A stretch of 64,000 nt of DNA from Malacoraja senta (taxonomy: Eukaryota): assembly GCA_038087875.1 (NCBI GenBank), contig CM075981.1:66650001-66714000 (forward strand). The letters run 5' to 3'. The translations under genes and the position numbers were made by a program. This document shows positions 38,560-50,535 of this stretch, piece by piece (positions within the stretch are counted from its first letter, which is position 1; each line of letters starts with the position of its first letter). Below the pieces are notes generated by a model. It was not told where the DNA came from, did no database searches, and saw nothing but the letters and a program-made list of their open reading frames with translations.

Positions 38560-39135
38560 AGGGTAGGAGTACGTGGGAGCGCTTCCAGGAAGGGGGTGTG
38601 AAAGCAGTGATTGGATCAGGATATGATAGCAGTAGGGAACAAGTCGTTCTTAAGTCTGGATGTCCAAGCTTTCAAATTGCAATATCTTCTCTCAGAAGGT
38701 AGAAAAGAGCAAAGGGAATAGCCAGGGTGGCAGGCATCCTTGACACTATTTTCATCCTTCCTAATGCTACGCACCATGAAGATGGACTGGATGGAAGGAA
38801 GTGATGAGCCTGTGATGGACTGGGCTGTGTTCACCACTCTCTGCAGGTTCAGGCAGTCGAGAGCAGTGAGATTGCCATGCCAAGCTGAAATACATCTCAT
38901 TAGAATACTTCACTGTGGAGGTTCGAGAGAATCCTTGTGGATATGCTGAATCTTCTCAGATATCTAAGAAAGTAAATACACTGAGGCATTGTGATTTCTT
39001 GAGTCCAGGTTAGGTTGCTAGTGATATGGATACCGAGAATCCTGAAGTTGTTGATCATCTCAACAGCAGGTCCTTTGATGAGGCCAGGGTTGTGTTCACC
39101 ATCCCCCCCCCCCCCCTTCATTTTCTAGGTCAACC
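38560..39135 (-). mobile_element. Rex1/Babar-clade LINE 3' fragment
   Basis: CISAWHGNLTALDCLNLQRVVNTAQSITGSSLPSIQSIF...HPGYSL.SFLPSERRY and FRILGIHITSNLTW. Confidence 0.75.
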
Positions 39136-41762
39136 ACTAACCAACAATTGAGTGTTAGAATCTGAGGGGAGTTGACACATATCTGGGAGTAATAGTTAAA
39201 GGAAGTACATTATTGGGGGATGGGATTGCTCTGTGTGCTGGCCTGGAATCAAAGGGCCCTAAGGCCTCCATGTTTCGTACAGTAATGTGTGAATTGAATG
39301 CGGACTGCATCTAGATTTGCCTTGACAAGGTAATGTTCTGCTTATGGTTATGGCAAATCAGGAGTAAATACAAAAGTTAGGAAACTTGCATGAAGACTTA
39401 TCATTTTTGACCACTCCATTGAGACCTATGAGCTCCGCTATCAAAATGGACAATGGCAAAAGTTGTGTGGGAACATTACACCGACACGTTCACCATCCAG
39501 TTCCATACAACCCTGGCAACGAAATATATCATCATTCCTCCTCCTCTGCAAAAATGAGGGAACTTCTTAACTCATGTGCAAATGTCCTTGTCAGTAGGAC
39601 AGCAGCCATTTGAGAGGGCACCTCAGCACTGCCTTCTCAAGGACAATTAAAAATGGACAATAAACTCTAACTTTTCCTGGAATACTCACATTCAATGAGA
39701 GAATAAAACATCTCAGCGCAATTTGGTTTGACATTTATTCAGTTCTCCTTGTACTAAAATAGAGAAACATATCTCCTTGTATACATTCACAAACCACTGC
39801 TACTTTGTTTAAAATAAAAACAGGAAATGTTGGAAATACACAACAGGTCATAGAGTCATCCAGCACCACCTGTATTTATGCCAACTGTAAGTGCCCATCT
39901 AGACTATTCCCATTAATCAGCCCTTGGTCCATCACCTTGCTGCTTTGATGGTTCATGTGCTCATTTAGATGCTTTCAAAATGTTGTACGAGTCTCTTTCT
40001 CCACCTTCTCTGGCAGTGCGTTCCAAATTCTAAGACCCTTCTGGGGAAACAATTCTTCAACAGTCCCCTCTCAGGCTCTATCCCCTTACTCTAAACCTAT
40101 GCCTTCTAATTTAATTCATCCCTGCTATAGAGGAATGTTTTCTACTATCGTCCTTATGGTTTGCGTAATTTTGTACAGTTGTCAGTTCTCCCCTCAGCTT
40201 TCTCTGCTTCAAGGAAAATAATTCACTCTCTCTTCACAACTGAAACCCGCCACCCCAGATGATATCCTGGTGAATCTCCCCTGCACCGACCCGAGTGGAA
40301 TCATGTCCTTCGTAGTGTATCAGCCAGAACTATATACAATATTCCAGCTGTGGATAAAAAATGTAAAAATGTTTAAACAAATATTTTATAAAGTTGTACC
40401 ATAACCTTCCTGCTCTATGTTCAATACCCCAGCTAACCAAGTGAAATATCCCATATGCCCTTTTCATCACCTTATCTAAGTGCGCTATCACTGTCAGGGA
40501 TTCTTGGACTTGTATATCAAGGCCCCTCTGTTCCCCAGGGTCCTGGCACGTTAGATGTCGTACCCTTATTAGTCTTCCTAAAGTGCATCATTTTGCATTT
40601 GTTAGGATTACATTTCATCTGCCTTTGCTCTGCTAATGTTACCAAACGATCAATATTTGCCTACACCCAAGACTACCCTTCTCATTTATCAAGAGTACTA
40701 CCAATTTTCATGTCATCTGCAAATTACTAACCATACCTCCTATATTCATATCCAAGTCATTAGTGTAAATAACAAACATGTAAAATCCCACAGAGTCCTA
40801 TGGTACATCACTGGTTACAGGTTTCCAACCACAAGAATAATTCTCCACTGCCACCCTCTGCCTCCTGTTACCAAGCCAATGGATCCAATTTGCCAACTTA
40901 CCTTGCTTCCCATTGGTTCTATATCCTCAGATGAGGTTCGCCTACTTTCCTACAACCATCAGGTTCTTGAAACCACCTGCAGAACCTTAATCCTACTTCA
41001 GCAACAGAAAACAATGGACCATGCCTTGCATTACCTTGGACTTCTTTTCTAATTGTATTTTGCACTGTTGTCTTGTTTTTCTTTTGCACAGCCTTTTTCA
41101 CTGTATTGTAGAAATTGTGATATTAATGTATAATTTATGTTTTGTATTTTGTCTAAGTATGTGTCTGTGATGCTGCTGCAAGCAAGATTTTCATTGTACT
41201 CTACCTCACCATACTTGTGCATATGACAATAAACTCAACGCATTGATTTGACTGTGTTGGACCTTGTCAAAGGCCTGCTGAGGTCCACGGAGACTTCATT
41301 AACCCCACTGCCCTCATCAATAAATTTTGATATTCAAAAGTTCAATCAAAAGTCGTCAAGACCTCACCTACATCCTTTGACACCGTGTTCATTTGGTCTC
41401 TAATGTATCCAATTCTTTCCCTAGTTACCCTCCTGCCCTTAATATACTTACAAATTGCTTTGGGAAAATTGATGCAGTGATATTCATGCGCCTTCTTCGT
41501 CCTCCTAATTTCTATTTTTATATAATTTCTACATGCTTCCCCATGTTCAGTTTTCTGTACCTGTCATGCATTTTGCCATTTTTCCTTTATCCAGCCCTCA
41601 ATATCCTTGATCTCCATGGTTCTTTGGACTTGCTGCCATCTTTCACCCTTATGAAAACGTGCATTGGGGTAAAAATAACTTTTGTTATTTTTCTTTACAA
41701 TGACTGTCACTTGCCCATTGTACCTATCTATCTACAAGTAGTTCCTCATGCCACTTATAGGT

Positions 41763-42525
41763 AAACATAGAAACATAGAAAATAGGTGCAGGAGTAGGCC
41801 ATTCGGCCCTTCGAGCCTGCACCGCCATTCAATATGATCATGGCTGATCATCCAACTCAGTATCCTGTACCTGCCTTCTCTCCATACCCCATGATCTCTT
41901 TAGCCACAAGGGCCACATCTAACTCCCTCTTAAATATAGCCAATGAACTGGCCTCAACTACCTTCTGTGGCAGAGAATTCCACAGATTCACCACTCTCTG
42001 TGTAAAAAATGATCTTCTCATCTCAGTCCTAAACGACTTCCCCCTTATCCTTAAACTGTGACACCTTGTTCTGGACTTCCCCAACATCGGGAATAATCTT
42101 CCTGCATCTAGCCTGTCCAACCCCTTAAGAATTTTGTAAGTTTCTATAAGATCCCCCCTCATTCTTCTATATTCTAGCGAGTACAAGCCGAGTCTATCCA
42201 GTCTTTCTTCATATGAAAGTCCTGCCATCCCAGGAATCAGTCTGGTGAACCTTCTCTGTACTCCCTCTATGGCAAGAATGTCTTTCCTCAGATTAGGAGA
42301 CCAAAACTGTACGCAATACTCCAGGTGTGGTCTCACCAAGACCATGTACAACTGCAGTAGAACCTTCCAGCTTTTATACTCAAATCCTTTTGCTATGAAT
42401 GCTAACATACCATTCGCTTTCTTCACTGCCTGCTGCACCTGCATGCCTACTATCAATGACTGGTGTACCATGACACCCAGGTCTCACTGCATCTCCCCTT
42501 TTCCTAATTGGCCACCATTCAGATA
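41763..42525 (-). mobile_element. Young 5'-truncated CR1 LINE with uninterrupted ORF2 C-terminus
   Basis: 204-aa ORF (LVRPHLEYCVQFWSP...QRRFTRLIPG...QRVVNLWNSLP), (TTTCTATG)n tail and ATAGGT direct repeats at 41757-62 and 42526-31. Confidence 0.93.
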
Positions 42526-42776
42526 ATAGGTCTAGTCTTACCAGGTCTTGCCTTAAGATACTGAAATTGGCCTTCTTCCAATTAAGAATTTTAAATTTCC
42601 AGATCATCGTTATTCCTCCACAACATCCTTGAAACTTGGAGTTAAGGTCACCATCTCCAAATTGTTCTCCTGCTGATACTTTAACCATTTGCCCAAGGAT
42701 TAAGTCCAGTATTGCCTCTCTTCTAGGAGGATTATCTACATACCGGCCCAAAGATTCCAACCCGCTCTCCACCCAG

Positions 42777-43063
42777 CACAGTGGTGCAGCTGGTAGAGAT
42801 GCTGCCTCACATTGTCAGAGTGCCTCAAGTGCTGTCTATATGGATTTTGCACGTTCTCCTTGTGACCGCGTGCCTTTCCTCTGGTTGCTCCTGTTTTCTT
42901 CCACATCCCAAAGTCGAACAGGTTTGTAGGTTAATTGGCCTCTATAAATTACCCCAATGTGTCGAGAGTGCATGAGAAAGTGGGGTAACATAGAACTAGT
43001 GTGAGCAAGTGATTTGTGTAAACTCCTTGGGCCGAACAACCAATTTCCATGCTGTATCTCTAA
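42777..43063 (+). mobile_element. V-SINE (HE1-like)
   Basis: GCACAGTGGTGCAGCTGGTAGAG head, V-domain and TTCCATGCTGTATCTCTAAA tail. Confidence 0.75.
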
Positions 43064-43984
43064 ATACTTTCATACCAAATCTATTCCAGTTTATATTGGG
43101 GAAGTTGAGAATCCCCACTGGTCTAACCTTTTTACTCTTGCATTGCTACCACCTGCTGACTGTTAGGAGACTCGTTGTATACCCCTGCAAAGTGATCTAA
43201 GCTCTCCTCCATTGACTTAGTATAACACCTTTACAAGATATTATCCATGCTGTAATGAATGCCTTAATCAATATTACAATGCCATCTTTTGTCGTACTTG
43301 GCGTTTTGACCTAGAATATTGACCTTGTCATGCTCATGTTGTTTTGCCTCTTGTATGACTTAATTCTTTTCTGTATTTTACAACACATGTCCTCCCCACC
43401 CCCATTTGTACATCTACTCTGTGACCCTCAAAAAAATAGTTTAAACCTACCCCAGCATCATTAGCAAACATCTCTGCAAGGTTGTTGGATCATTTTTGTG
43501 AGCTCTCATCTGTCCAACTGGGACAGGTTCCACCACCCCCAGAGATGGTCCCAGTGAACTAGAAATGTAAAACCCTTCCTCCTACACGTTCACCTGATTT
43601 ATGCTCCAACTCCTATACTCATTAGCATGTGGCATAGGTAGTAATCCAAATATTACAACTTTAGCAGTTCGGCTCTTTAATCCATGACCTAGCTCCCTAA
43701 ATTTACTTTATGGATCTCATCCCTTTTTTAAAAAATCGACATCAATGATATCATGTGGACAATGACCTTTATTTGTTTACCCCTTTAAAATGGCCTGTGA
43801 CATATTCTATGGCCTTTCTAACCCTGGCACCAGGAAGACATCACACCACCCTAGTGTGGAGAGAGAAATAGAGTTAACGTTTCGGATCAATGACCTTGCT
43901 TTAGGCATTGTCATTGATATTGTAGTAGGGTTAGGAGAGCACCATTGTATCCAAGAGATCAAGGAAACCAAGACCACAGCATAA

Positions 43985-44680
43985 TGGGCCTGTCCCACTT
44001 GGGTGATTTTTCAGCGGACTGCCGGCGACTGTCAAGTTGCTGGCAGACGCCTGAAAAACGGGAACTGGAACGGTGACCGTCAGATTGGAACACACACAAA
44101 CACATCGCAAAGGCGGGGACCAGGGCAAGCGGGGTAGCGACGTCTAAAAAATTCCCACGGAGCAAAGCCAAGGTGATACAGACACACACCGCGATGAACA
44201 GGAAGGTTGGCGATGTAATTAAGACAGCTAAAGCACAGTGTACGGTAAGTCATTTAAAAGAGGGGGGAGAAGGGGGGAGGAGTAGAGACAACTTTTAAGA
44301 ATCTAGAGATACACATGTAGGTTGTGAAGTTCAGTGGCCATTTAACATTACCGGTCGGTTCCTTGGTTCTGAAAACTACTGCTTAAATTTTTTTCTCCCA
44401 ATGAGCCAATGAAATTCACCAGTCAGCACCGGCTCTAACCTACGAGAACCTCCAAGAACCTTCGACCTCCTAGCAGCCCAATAGGACCTCCTTGCGACCC
44501 ACCTACGGCTCGAGAATTTTCACGACCATAATGAGGCTGCGACCAGTTCCCAGAATGCGGGAACTCCTCACGATCATGAAGGCGACTCCCCGGCAACCAC
44601 CCGCGAACATGCGGCGACCATGTGGCGACTGCAAAGTCTCCTGCAGTTGCCCAAAAAGTCGCCTAAATGGGACAGGCCCA
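43985..44680. mobile_element. Non-autonomous PIF/Harbinger-type element (MITE)
   Basis: TIRs TGGGCCTGTCCCACTT.GG.GA.TTTT / AAAAAGTCGCCTAAATGGGACAGGCCCA with 3-bp TAA TSD (43982-84, 44681-83). Subterminal GCGAC repeats; no transposase. Confidence 0.85.
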
Positions 44681-45211
44681 TAAAACAGTTGCGAAGACAT
44701 ACAAACAGATACCTATACTCTTTCCCCAGGATTGCAGCCACACTGCACTAATTAAAATTCCAAAATAAGATAAGTCTTTTTACAATTCAGTTTCACTCCA
44801 GGTTCATAAAAATATTTTCCAATGTGTGGTGCATTCTAAATCTTTCCATTTTATTGTGCTGCGTATTCACACCCCTCCCCCATTCCCTACAACCACCAGC
44901 TTGTGTAGCATGCAGAACATGTCAACATTTGGCACACCACAAACATAACATACAAAATAAGATTTTTTTTTGTAATAAATATAGGTTGTCAGGAGCCTTT
45001 TTAAAAAAAAACTTCTTCCATGAAATGTATCTTCAGTGGATTCATCATATTCATGTCAGACTACTCCACCCACAGCCTCAAAAGCAGTTATTTTCTCCTC
45101 TCCTGAAGTTGCTGATTTGTGCCAAGGTATGATTCAACAGATGTTCACTCAATCCAACTGCATCGCATTCAAAAAGCTGCATTTTGCACCTGCCCCTCAG
45201 CTGTGAACGTA

Positions 45212-46833
45212 CAGTGCCCTCCATAATGTTTGGGACAAAGACCCATCATTTATTTATTTGCCTCTGTACTCCACAATTTGAGATTTGTAATAGAAAAAAA
45301 AAATCACATGTGGTTAAAGTGCATTTTGTCAGATTTTAATAAAGGCCATTTTTACACATTTTGGTTTCAGCATGTAGAAATTACAGCAGTGTTTATACAT
45401 AGTCCCCCCATTTCAGGGCACCATAATGTTTGTGACAGAGCAATGTCATGTAAATGAAAGTAGTCATGCTTAGTATTTTGTTGCATATCCTTTGCATGCA
45501 ATGACTTCTTGAAGTCTGTGATTCATGGACATCACCAGTTGCTGGGTTACTCTGGTGATGCTCTGCCAGGCCTGTATTGCAGCCATCTTCAGCTTATGCT
45601 TGTTTTGGGGGCTGGTCCCCTTCAGTTTTCTCTTCAGCATATAAAAGGCATGCTCAATTGGGTTCAGATCGGGTGATTGACTTGGCCACTCAAGAATTGA
45701 CCATTTTTTAGCTTTGAAAAACTCCTTTGTTGCTTTAGCAGTATGTTTGGGATCATTGTCTTGCTGTAGAATGAACCGCCGGCCAATGGGTTTTGAGGCA
45801 TTTGTTTGAACTTGAGCAGAAAGGATATGTCTATACACTTCAGAATTCATTATGCTACTACCATCAGCAGTTGTATCATCAATGAAGACAAGTGAGCCAG
45901 TACCTTCAGCAGCCACACATGCCCACACCATAACATCCCCACCACTGTGTTTCATAGATGAGGTGGATTGCTTTGGATCTTGGGTAGTTCCTTCTCTCTT
46001 CCATACTTTGCTTTTACCACCACTCTGATATGTTAATCTTTGTCTCATCTGTCCACAACACCTTTTTCCAGAACTGTGGTTGCTCTTTTAAGTACTTCTT
46101 GGCAAACTGTAATCTGGCCATCCTATTTTTGTGGCTAACCAGTCGTTTGCAATTTGCAGTGTAGCCTCTGTCTTTCTGTTCATGAAGTCTTCTGCGGACA
46201 GTGATCATTGACAAATCAACACCTGAAGAGTGTTTCTGATCTGTCGGACAGGTGTTTGGTGATTTTTCGTTATTATAGAGAGAATTCTTCTGTCATCAGC
46301 CTTGGAGGTCTTCCTTGGTCATTTGCGATTAGTAAGCTCACCAGTGCTCTCTTTCTTCTTAATAATGTTCCAACCCGTTGATTTTGGTAAGCCTAAGGTT
46401 TGGCTGATGTCTCTAACAGTTTTATTCTTGTTTTTCAGTCTCATAATAGCTTCTTTGACTTTCATTGGCACCACTTTGGTCCTCATGTTGATAAACAGCA
46501 ATAAAAGTTTCCAAAGGTGATGGAAAGACTGGAGGAAAGAGTAGATGCTGAGAGCTCTCTTACACCCACAATTAAACACACCTGAGCAATTGCAAACACC
46601 CGTGAAGCCATGTCCCAAACATTATGGTGCCCTGAAATGGGGGCGACTATGTATAAACACAGCTGTAATTTTTACATGGTGAGACCAAAATGTATAAAAA
46701 TGGCCTTTATTAAAATCTGACGATGTGCACTTTAAACATATGTGATTTTTTCTATTACAAATCATAAATCGCGGAGTACAGAGGTAAATAAATAAATGAT
46801 GGGTCTTTGTCCCAAATATTATGGAGGGCACTG
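45212..46833 (-). mobile_element. Tc1/mariner IR/DR-type transposon (Passport-like, DD34E), near full length, defective
   Basis: TA TSD and ~225-bp TIRs starting CAGTGCCCTCCATAATGTTTGGGACA, with an inner direct repeat GCACCATAATGTTTG. WTDETK...QQDNDPKH...SPDLNPIE with 34 residues between D and E. ORF split into three pieces. Confidence 0.95.
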
Positions 46834-49330
46834 TAGCTGAGCAATGGCAATGTGGAGAGGGAGACCACAGGGAAAGCAAAGCTTTTGGCATCAGTCTTGA
46901 GGACATTTCACACTGAGTCATCAATGGCTCTATCACTACATTCTGCTATCTTAACATCTCTGGGTTGCTGAAATCACTGGTTGTGTATGTTATTGATATT
47001 TACCTCCTTTAACACAGCTGTGCAGTGCGGCCATTAACCCACAGTGAACTTCTGTATTGATTATTTTGCAGTGAAAGCCTGCTTTTATGAAAGGAAATGA
47101 TCAAATGTTGATATTTATAGTTTTCCTGTGCGTTCCAGCAATTGGTGGGAAGCAGCACGGAACCGTAAGCTGGAGACCAAAGCCCAGTGGCACTCCTAAG
47201 TGGCAACTGGTCGCTGGCCAGAAAGGAAAAGCATTTGTATTTAAGTGATATACTCTTAGCTGCTTTTGCCAATACCGACATTACTTTCAGGTTGTAGCTG
47301 GCTGCCATCTTACTTCAGAAACCCAAGGGGAAATATTTTACACTGCAGAGCAGCAGCAAGCATGAAAAGAAGAAGGGGGGCAAAATAGAGTGAATCCGGA
47401 GGTTGGTATTTTAAAGCTTTTAGGGGAAAGGAAGCCTCATGGGGGCAAAAAGTTGAAAGGCCCAGCTAAAGAAAGGCGATAATATATAGCTGGTCTTGAT
47501 TTCAAAATGGTGATGATTCAAGGATGATGAAGATTGCTTGTGAGCTCGCAGCGGCATAATGAATAAAATATTGAAAAGGAGAAAGGCAAAGGCATTCCAT
47601 TGGTTGCTAAGTGTCAAAGCATAATGCATGTATTCACAAAGGAAATGCTTCTGATCCTGCTCCACATAGCAACCACAGAACCTTCCTCCTGAGAGATTAG
47701 AATTAGAGATGGATCCTTTAGAAGTGGCAGAAACATTGGGAGATCTATGGAAGCAGTAAAGAATTAGTGCACGGGTTTTCCGCAGTGTTGCGAGCTATTG
47801 AGGAGAAATGTAAGGTTGATCTGGGGATTAAGTACAAGTATTATGAAGCAGCAAAATCTATTTGATCTATCCATGCTACCTGGACCTCCACATAACCAGC
47901 AGATTGCTGTGCTCAAGCACATACCACACTGACTGTTCCACACAGGTGGTCTCTCCATCAACAAGTCCACTGACTTCTATCACCCAACATTGTCGTGCCT
48001 CAGCTCATCTATTGCCAAAACATCCAATTGTGTCTCTGTTAACTCATTTATTGCTACAGCAATGGTGTCATCATTGGATTCTCCCACATTATAACCTCTG
48101 TAACTGGTCAAACCTCTGCTTCTTGCTTCCGAACTCTCGCCAAGATTGTTCCACCCATTATCACAATGATTTGTCCTGCAATCACTTCCTGGAGGGGATG
48201 AGGTACATTGGCATAGAACAAAAAGTAAAGGGATGCATTTGTTAGAGATTGCAGCTGAGCATTACACTGGGAAGACCTGCTTATCCTAGGGGTAACCAGC
48301 TTTGGCCTATCCCACGGCAAGTTGGTCTAAATTTACCTGCAGTCCAAAGTTCTGGGTGGAGAATGGTGCTGAAATGCTCATTGTGGGCTCAAAGGTCCAC
48401 AAGTATCTGGTCAAAGTGACAATAATGTGACAATAATAAACCAATACCAATACATCCTTCCAACTCACCAGCTCCAAAGGTCCCAGGATCCTTAACCACT
48501 TGCAAGACACCAGTTCCAACACTCACTTTGCATTCACTCAGTACCATTGGATGCCCGCCCCTTGAAACTCACTGGCTTCTACAATAGGGCTACAATCCAA
48601 TACATTGGCAGTTCATTACCGTCTCAGATGCTGTTGACTCGCTGAGTTCCTCCAGCAGATGTTTCCTGCATCTGCGGTCTGTTGCGTCTTCCCTGAAATT
48701 TTACAGCCTGTAACATTTTTTATAGGGTGAATAAGAAGTGTACTGCTGTATTGGTGAAATCACATATAATAGTCCAGAAAATCTGCCTCCTAGAACCACC
48801 AACGTCCCGAGAGTGCCAGATTAATGGAGTTTTACTCCATCTGCTTGAGTAGCCCACTGTCAAATTTTGTTTGATAATGGCCCCATGAAGTGCCTAGGAA
48901 TAGTTTAATATGTTAATCATGATTCCCAGTCAGAGGATCACTGATCACCCTCACATTAGGACAGAGAATGCAACAAGCAAGCTGCTGAATAAGGTACATG
49001 CCAACCCAAGCCTGCCTCTGTTCATTGACCTTTTCAACGCACCAGCTGCTTGTCTTGCATCACCACCCCTTTGTGGTCGAGACGACTGCGCCAACAATAA
49101 CAGAGGAGGCACTGTGGCAGAAAGGCTGGCTCCTGGCAGCAGTCGCTGAACCAGTTCCTTGTCACTGACCCCAGTGCTCACTTGTCTGCAATCGGCCCGT
49201 TGTGAAACTGTCCTTCTTAACTCTTTCCCGATCGGCCAGGCAACGATGCAACTGGGCGATAAACTAGATGTCAGCTGTGATGCAATGGCACCCATTGGTA
49301 ATGAGCGTCCACTGACCAAGTCTAATGGTG

Positions 49331-49487
49331 GGAAGGAACTGCAGGTGCTAGTTTAAACCGAATATTGACACAAAAAGCTGGAGTAACTCAGCAGAAGAGG
49401 CAGCATCTCTGGAGAGCAGGAATGGGTGACGTTTCGGGTCGAGACCCTTTTTCAGACTGAGTTACCCCGGCTTTTTGTGTCTATCTT
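49331..49487. mobile_element. PLE end insertion with short inverted segment and TSD
   Basis: Flanked by AAGTCTAATGGTG and AAGTCCAATGGTG. The hammerhead-like motif at 49428-49455 (-) has G8 changed to A. Confidence 0.8.
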
Positions 49488-49619
49488 AAGTCCAATGGTG
49501 CGCTACATGCCGTACATCTGGTCATTATGATCGCTACTGCTTGGTTTAGAACACACACAAATATTAAATAAAACTAGACCAACTGGGACCCGTTAGGTCC
49601 CTGTCACACGGGAGGCATG

Positions 49620-49782
49620 GTTCCCCAACGTAATATTCCACCACTCACCCATAGCCCCCACGGGAGGTCTGGACCTTAACGCAACCCGTTCCCCAGTGCA
49701 ATATTCCACCACTCACCCGTTCCCCCAACACAACCCGTTTCCCCAACGCAATATTCCACCACTCACCCATAGCCCCCAACTG
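49620..49782. repeat. Short compound tandem repeat inside the Helitron
   Basis: Three copies of CCCCAACGCAATATTCCACCACTCACCC-like units. Confidence 0.8.
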
Positions 49783-49794
49783 TGCAGAGGAGGA

Positions 49795-50535
49795 GGCTAC
49801 GGCCTACCTTTCCCTGGGTGCCACTCCACTTCCTCCCTAAGCTCTTCCTCCTCACAGGCCCGGTGCCACTCCTCAGGGCAGGGGCTGTCGGGGAGACGGG
49901 CCGAGCGGCGCTGAGCTGGGGGACGGGGAGGGAGAGGCGGAGGCCTACCTTGCCCTGGGTGCCGCTGCTCTTCCTCCCCGCGGGCCCGGTGCCGCTCCCT
50001 GGGTGCCACTCCACTTCCTCCCTAAGCTCTTCCTCCTCGCAGGCCCGGTGCCACTCCTCAGGGCAGGGGCTGTCGGGGAGACGGGCCGAGCGGCGCTGAG
50101 CTGGGGGACGGGGAGGGAGAGGCGGAGGCCTACCTTTCCCTGGGTGCCACTCCACTTCCTCCCTAAGCTCTTCCTCCTCGCAGGCCCGGTGCCACTCCTC
50201 AGGGCAGGGGCTGTCGGGGAGACGGGCCGAGCGGCGCTGAGCTGGGGGACGGGGAGGGAGAGGCGGAGGCCTACCTTGCCCTGGGTGCCGCTCCTCTTCC
50301 TCCCCGCGGGCCCGGTGCCGCTCCTTGGGGCGGGAGCTGTTGGGGGGGACGGGCCAAGTGACGCGGAGAAGGGGAGGGAGAGGGAGAGATGGAGTCAGAG
50401 GCCTACCTTGCCCTGGGTGCAGCTCAACTTCATCCCCAAGCTCTTCCTCCTCGCGGGCCCGGTTCCATTCCTCAAGCAGGAGCTGTCGAGGGGGACGGGC
50501 TGAGCGGCACGGAGCCGGAGGAGGGGGAGGGCCAC
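49795..50535. repeat. GC-rich minisatellite, ~141-bp unit (about 5 units)
   Basis: GGCCTACCTT starts at 49801, 49942, 50127, 50268 and 50400 (spacings 141/185/141/132). Confidence 0.92.

Larger units (their letters stand above)
39848..43900 (-). mobile_element. Old long CR1 LINE, highly decayed, with nested younger insertions
   Basis: Reverse CR1 tail at ~39850, RT motif remnants (KFADD-like TGTCATCTGCAAAT at ~40711) and endonuclease-like RREAILDLILG...GEQFGDGD at ~42640-42730. Continuity is inferred. Confidence 0.5.

Noticed and set aside
41857-42471. 204-aa ORF as a host gene (likewise 45470-46048 and 61707-62198)
   Set aside because: These are CR1, Tc1 and L1 fragments bounded by TSDs or TIRs.
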